Under the pieces are notes generated by a model. The model was given only the letters and a program-made list of their open reading frames with translations. It was not told the DNA's origin and did not search any database. A stretch of 64,000 nt of DNA from the human T2T-CHM13v2.0 reference genome, Homo sapiens. The position numbers and the translations under genes are program-made. The stretch lies in assembly GCF_009914755.1 (NCBI RefSeq), contig NC_060942.1; one strand, 5' to 3'. This document shows, one piece after another, positions 58,490 to 64,000 of this stretch; within the stretch, counting starts at the first letter, position 1, and each line of letters begins with the position of its first letter.

Positions 58490-59340
58490 ACAGAGAAAAC
58501 AAAATATTCTAAATTTTAAATAATTATTGGATCAAAGAAGAAAGCATAATAGAAATGAAAATATTATTTATATTTGAATGATAAAAAGAAAACATATCAA
58601 AAGCTGTGGAGCATTGTAAAAATGGTATTTGGAAATCTATAATCTTGAACATATATATTAGAAAGGCTGAAAAGTAATGAGATGCCTCCAAATTAAGAAT
58701 TTTACTTATAAGAAAACAGAAAAATCACAAGAAGAGTAGAAAGAATGAAAAAATAAAAAGGAGAGGGTGATTGACAAAATAGAAAAAATATACTGTAAGT
58801 GGGACAATAAACAGAAATTTTGCTTTTTTGGAAAACCTAACTTAAAGTTTGATAAAACCCTGATAATTGAGGGAAAGTCACACAGGGAGACAGAATAATA
58901 GACAATATTACAAAGAAGCAATAACAAAGGATAAAAAATAATAATCACAACAATGTTATGACAACAAATATAAAAACAGAAAAACACAATTTAACACAAA
59001 TAACTGGGAAAAAATGCAATAATATAAATATAAAATAATCAGTAGTTCAGTAAGGCTCAGATGATTTTACATGTCACTTATGTTTAAAGGAAGATACCAC
59101 TCAGTGTGATCAATCTCTTCCAGAAAGTAGAAAATAGAATATGCTTTAATGCATTTTATGATTCCAATGTAACCACAATATAAAAACCAGATGAGTATAA
59201 AAAAGAAACAAATATATGTGTTAATAATTTTTGAAAATGGATATAAAATAAAGAGGTAATGTCAAACAGAATTTGGCAGTGTATTAAAATTTAAATACAT
59301 TGTATATTGGTTATTGATGTAGAACAAACTACTCAAAAAC
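58490..59340 (+). mobile_element. Decayed L1ME ORF2 fragment (host of the L1PA pair; L1ME 3' sequence resumes ~62010-62460)
   Basis: acatatcaaaagctgtgg...caatctcttccagaaagtagaa...aaaaccagatg. Confidence 0.55.
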
Positions 59341-59351
59341 TTTTTAACTTC

Positions 59352-62008
<2,657 letters not shown>

Positions 62009-63399
62009 TCCATATCAAACAATGGAAATTTTCCAGTGTGAAGGAATTACAGCTTCCTATGAAAAGTATTGATTTTATTAACATAGTACTGGAATAAAAG
62101 TCCAAAGGTTACATAGTATGTGATGCAGTTTTATAAAGCTTTGAACTAAAAGCAAAACTAAACAATATAGTGTTTAGGGTTTAATAAATATTTGATAAAC
62201 ACCTTAAACTCCTTTTTAATAAAATCCTAAACAAAAATATTCACATAGTGTTTAGTCCTGGGGATAGGAAGAGAAATAGAATAAGGGAAAAGCTAATGGA
62301 TGGACGTCACTATATGAAAGACAACAGTGTTTTCATAATGTACTGTTTCTTCAGTGATGGGTTTATAGGGTTCTGTTTCAATATTAAACTGTCTGTAACA
62401 TATTTGTGTTGCATGCATTCGCTTGTATGTATCAAATATTACATAACAAAATTTTTGAGTACCAAGAGGAAACTTTAATTTATGAAGAGCTAAGAATCTA
62501 ATAAAGTAATCTATGGGGCATTATACTGCCTTATATTCTATGAGTTATGTAAGGCTTTTTAACAGTAAACTTTACCAATCCCTATTATCACACTATGTGC
62601 TGACTTTAGATAATAACCTCTTTAAAATGCCATTAAAATATGTCTTGGGGATGTCGGAAAGTAGTTATGAATTTGTGAAATGTTTTTAACATTGAGTAAA
62701 TGCAGGTATATTTCACAAGAGAGAGAGAAATAGCATTTATTCTGGATGGAGAGGAAAAGTATATCAGGAAATTCACTAAATTGAGGTTCAAAATTTCCAT
62801 TTTCTTCTGACTTATGTGATGAAGTGCTTGAAGAAACCTGAGCAAATAACCACTAATACCAAGTTCTTTCTTAGTAATAATGATTCTTTCTTTGTAGTTA
62901 TATGGCCAACTACCAAACAAATTTCTGAGATAGGCCTTGATTCTAGGATTCTTTTGATGCTTTAAATACGGATTTTAGATGTTCCAAGTCACGGGACTTT
63001 TTGAGCAGCCACTGCTCTAATACTTTTTCAATGCTAATTTTCACTTGATGCTGTGCTAGTCTGTAACTAAAATGATATAAATTGCTTTTCCTTCTAAACT
63101 GTAGTGCATGATGGAGTTTCAAAATTTATAGTCAATGCAGTGTTCATTGGTATACTCAATTAAAAAACTGCAACTTTTAAAAAGAAGAGCTACAGTAGAC
63201 TTTGGGAACTCAAAGATATTGTTAATTATTTTTTCTAACAAATATTTATTGAATACCTGCCTTATTCCAGGAACTGTTCTGGCACTAAGAACATACAAAT
63301 TTCTTCAACTCATAAAATTTTTAAACTTTTTGAGAGAAACTAGTTCCCCTACTCTTGCTGGGGAAAAAAAAAAAGTCCTGACAAATTGGGTGAGTGCTT

Positions 63400-63765
63400 T
63401 GCAACGCATACATTGCAATGCATACAGACCAAAGGTAGTTTTCAAGAATATATAAAGAGTTGCTACAAATAAACAAGAGAAGACTAATAATGCTTTAGAT
63501 AAATGGATAAAAGACATAATGAGATAATTCATAGAAAATGAAACCTTAATATCCGATAAATATATGAAAAATATCCTCACAAGAAGATGGGTAAATGAAA
63601 ATCAAAACTACATGAGACGTTGTTTTTACACACATCACATTGGCAAAGATTAAAATAAAATGTTTGTGACAGATGTTGGCTAGAAAGAGGAGAAATGGGA
63701 AATGCTGATGGAAGTGTAAAATGGTAACATGGCTCAAAATACTTTGAATAGCACTTTGCCAATAT
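63400..63765 (+). mobile_element. Old L1M ORF2 3' fragment (L2 tail just upstream at ~63230-63300)
   Basis: agaatatataaagagttgctacaaataaac...aaatgaaaatcaaaactacatgagac. Confidence 0.6.
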
Positions 63766-63767
63766 CT

Positions 63768-64000
63768 TTTCATTTATTTATTTATTTATGTATTTATTTT
63801 TTGAGGCGCAGTCTCACTCTGTTGCCCAGGCTGGAATGCAATGGTGCAATCTTGGCTCACAGCAACCTCTGCCTCCCGGTTCAAGTGATTCTCCTGCCTC
63901 AGCCTCCCAAGTAGCTGGGACTACAGGTGTGCCCCAGCACAACCGGCTAATTTTTCTATTTTTAGTAGAGATGGGGTTTCATCATGCTGGTCAGGCTGGT
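63768..64000 (-). mobile_element. AluS with (ATTT)n tail, cut by the window edge
   Basis: gtctcactctgttgcccaggctggaatgcaatggtgcaatc...ggtcaggctggt. Confidence 0.9.

Overview
Primate (almost certainly human, chr18q21) genomic DNA. The only protein-coding gene is the intronless melanocortin-4 receptor MC4R (minus strand, CDS 323-1321), with its 3'UTR/polyA signal, uAUG-rich leader and proximal promoter. The other ~62 kb is AT-rich upstream gene desert, mostly Alu, L1, L2, MIR, L3, MaLR/ERVL LTRs and DNA transposons (MER82, Tigger2, MADE1, MER1A, HSMAR2). I see no new gene system. The unusual signals are structural: a head-to-head, double-poly(A)-tailed L1PA3-like pair sharing private variants (59.35-62.0 kb); a GC/CpG-rich foreign-looking 262 bp insert joining a truncated HSMAR2 to a truncated Alu; two local templated duplications that copy transposon junctions; a trimeric Alu; and an AT-rich nested palindrome. 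Repeat subfamily names come from recalled consensus sequences, not from RepeatMasker, and boundaries of old repeats are approximate.
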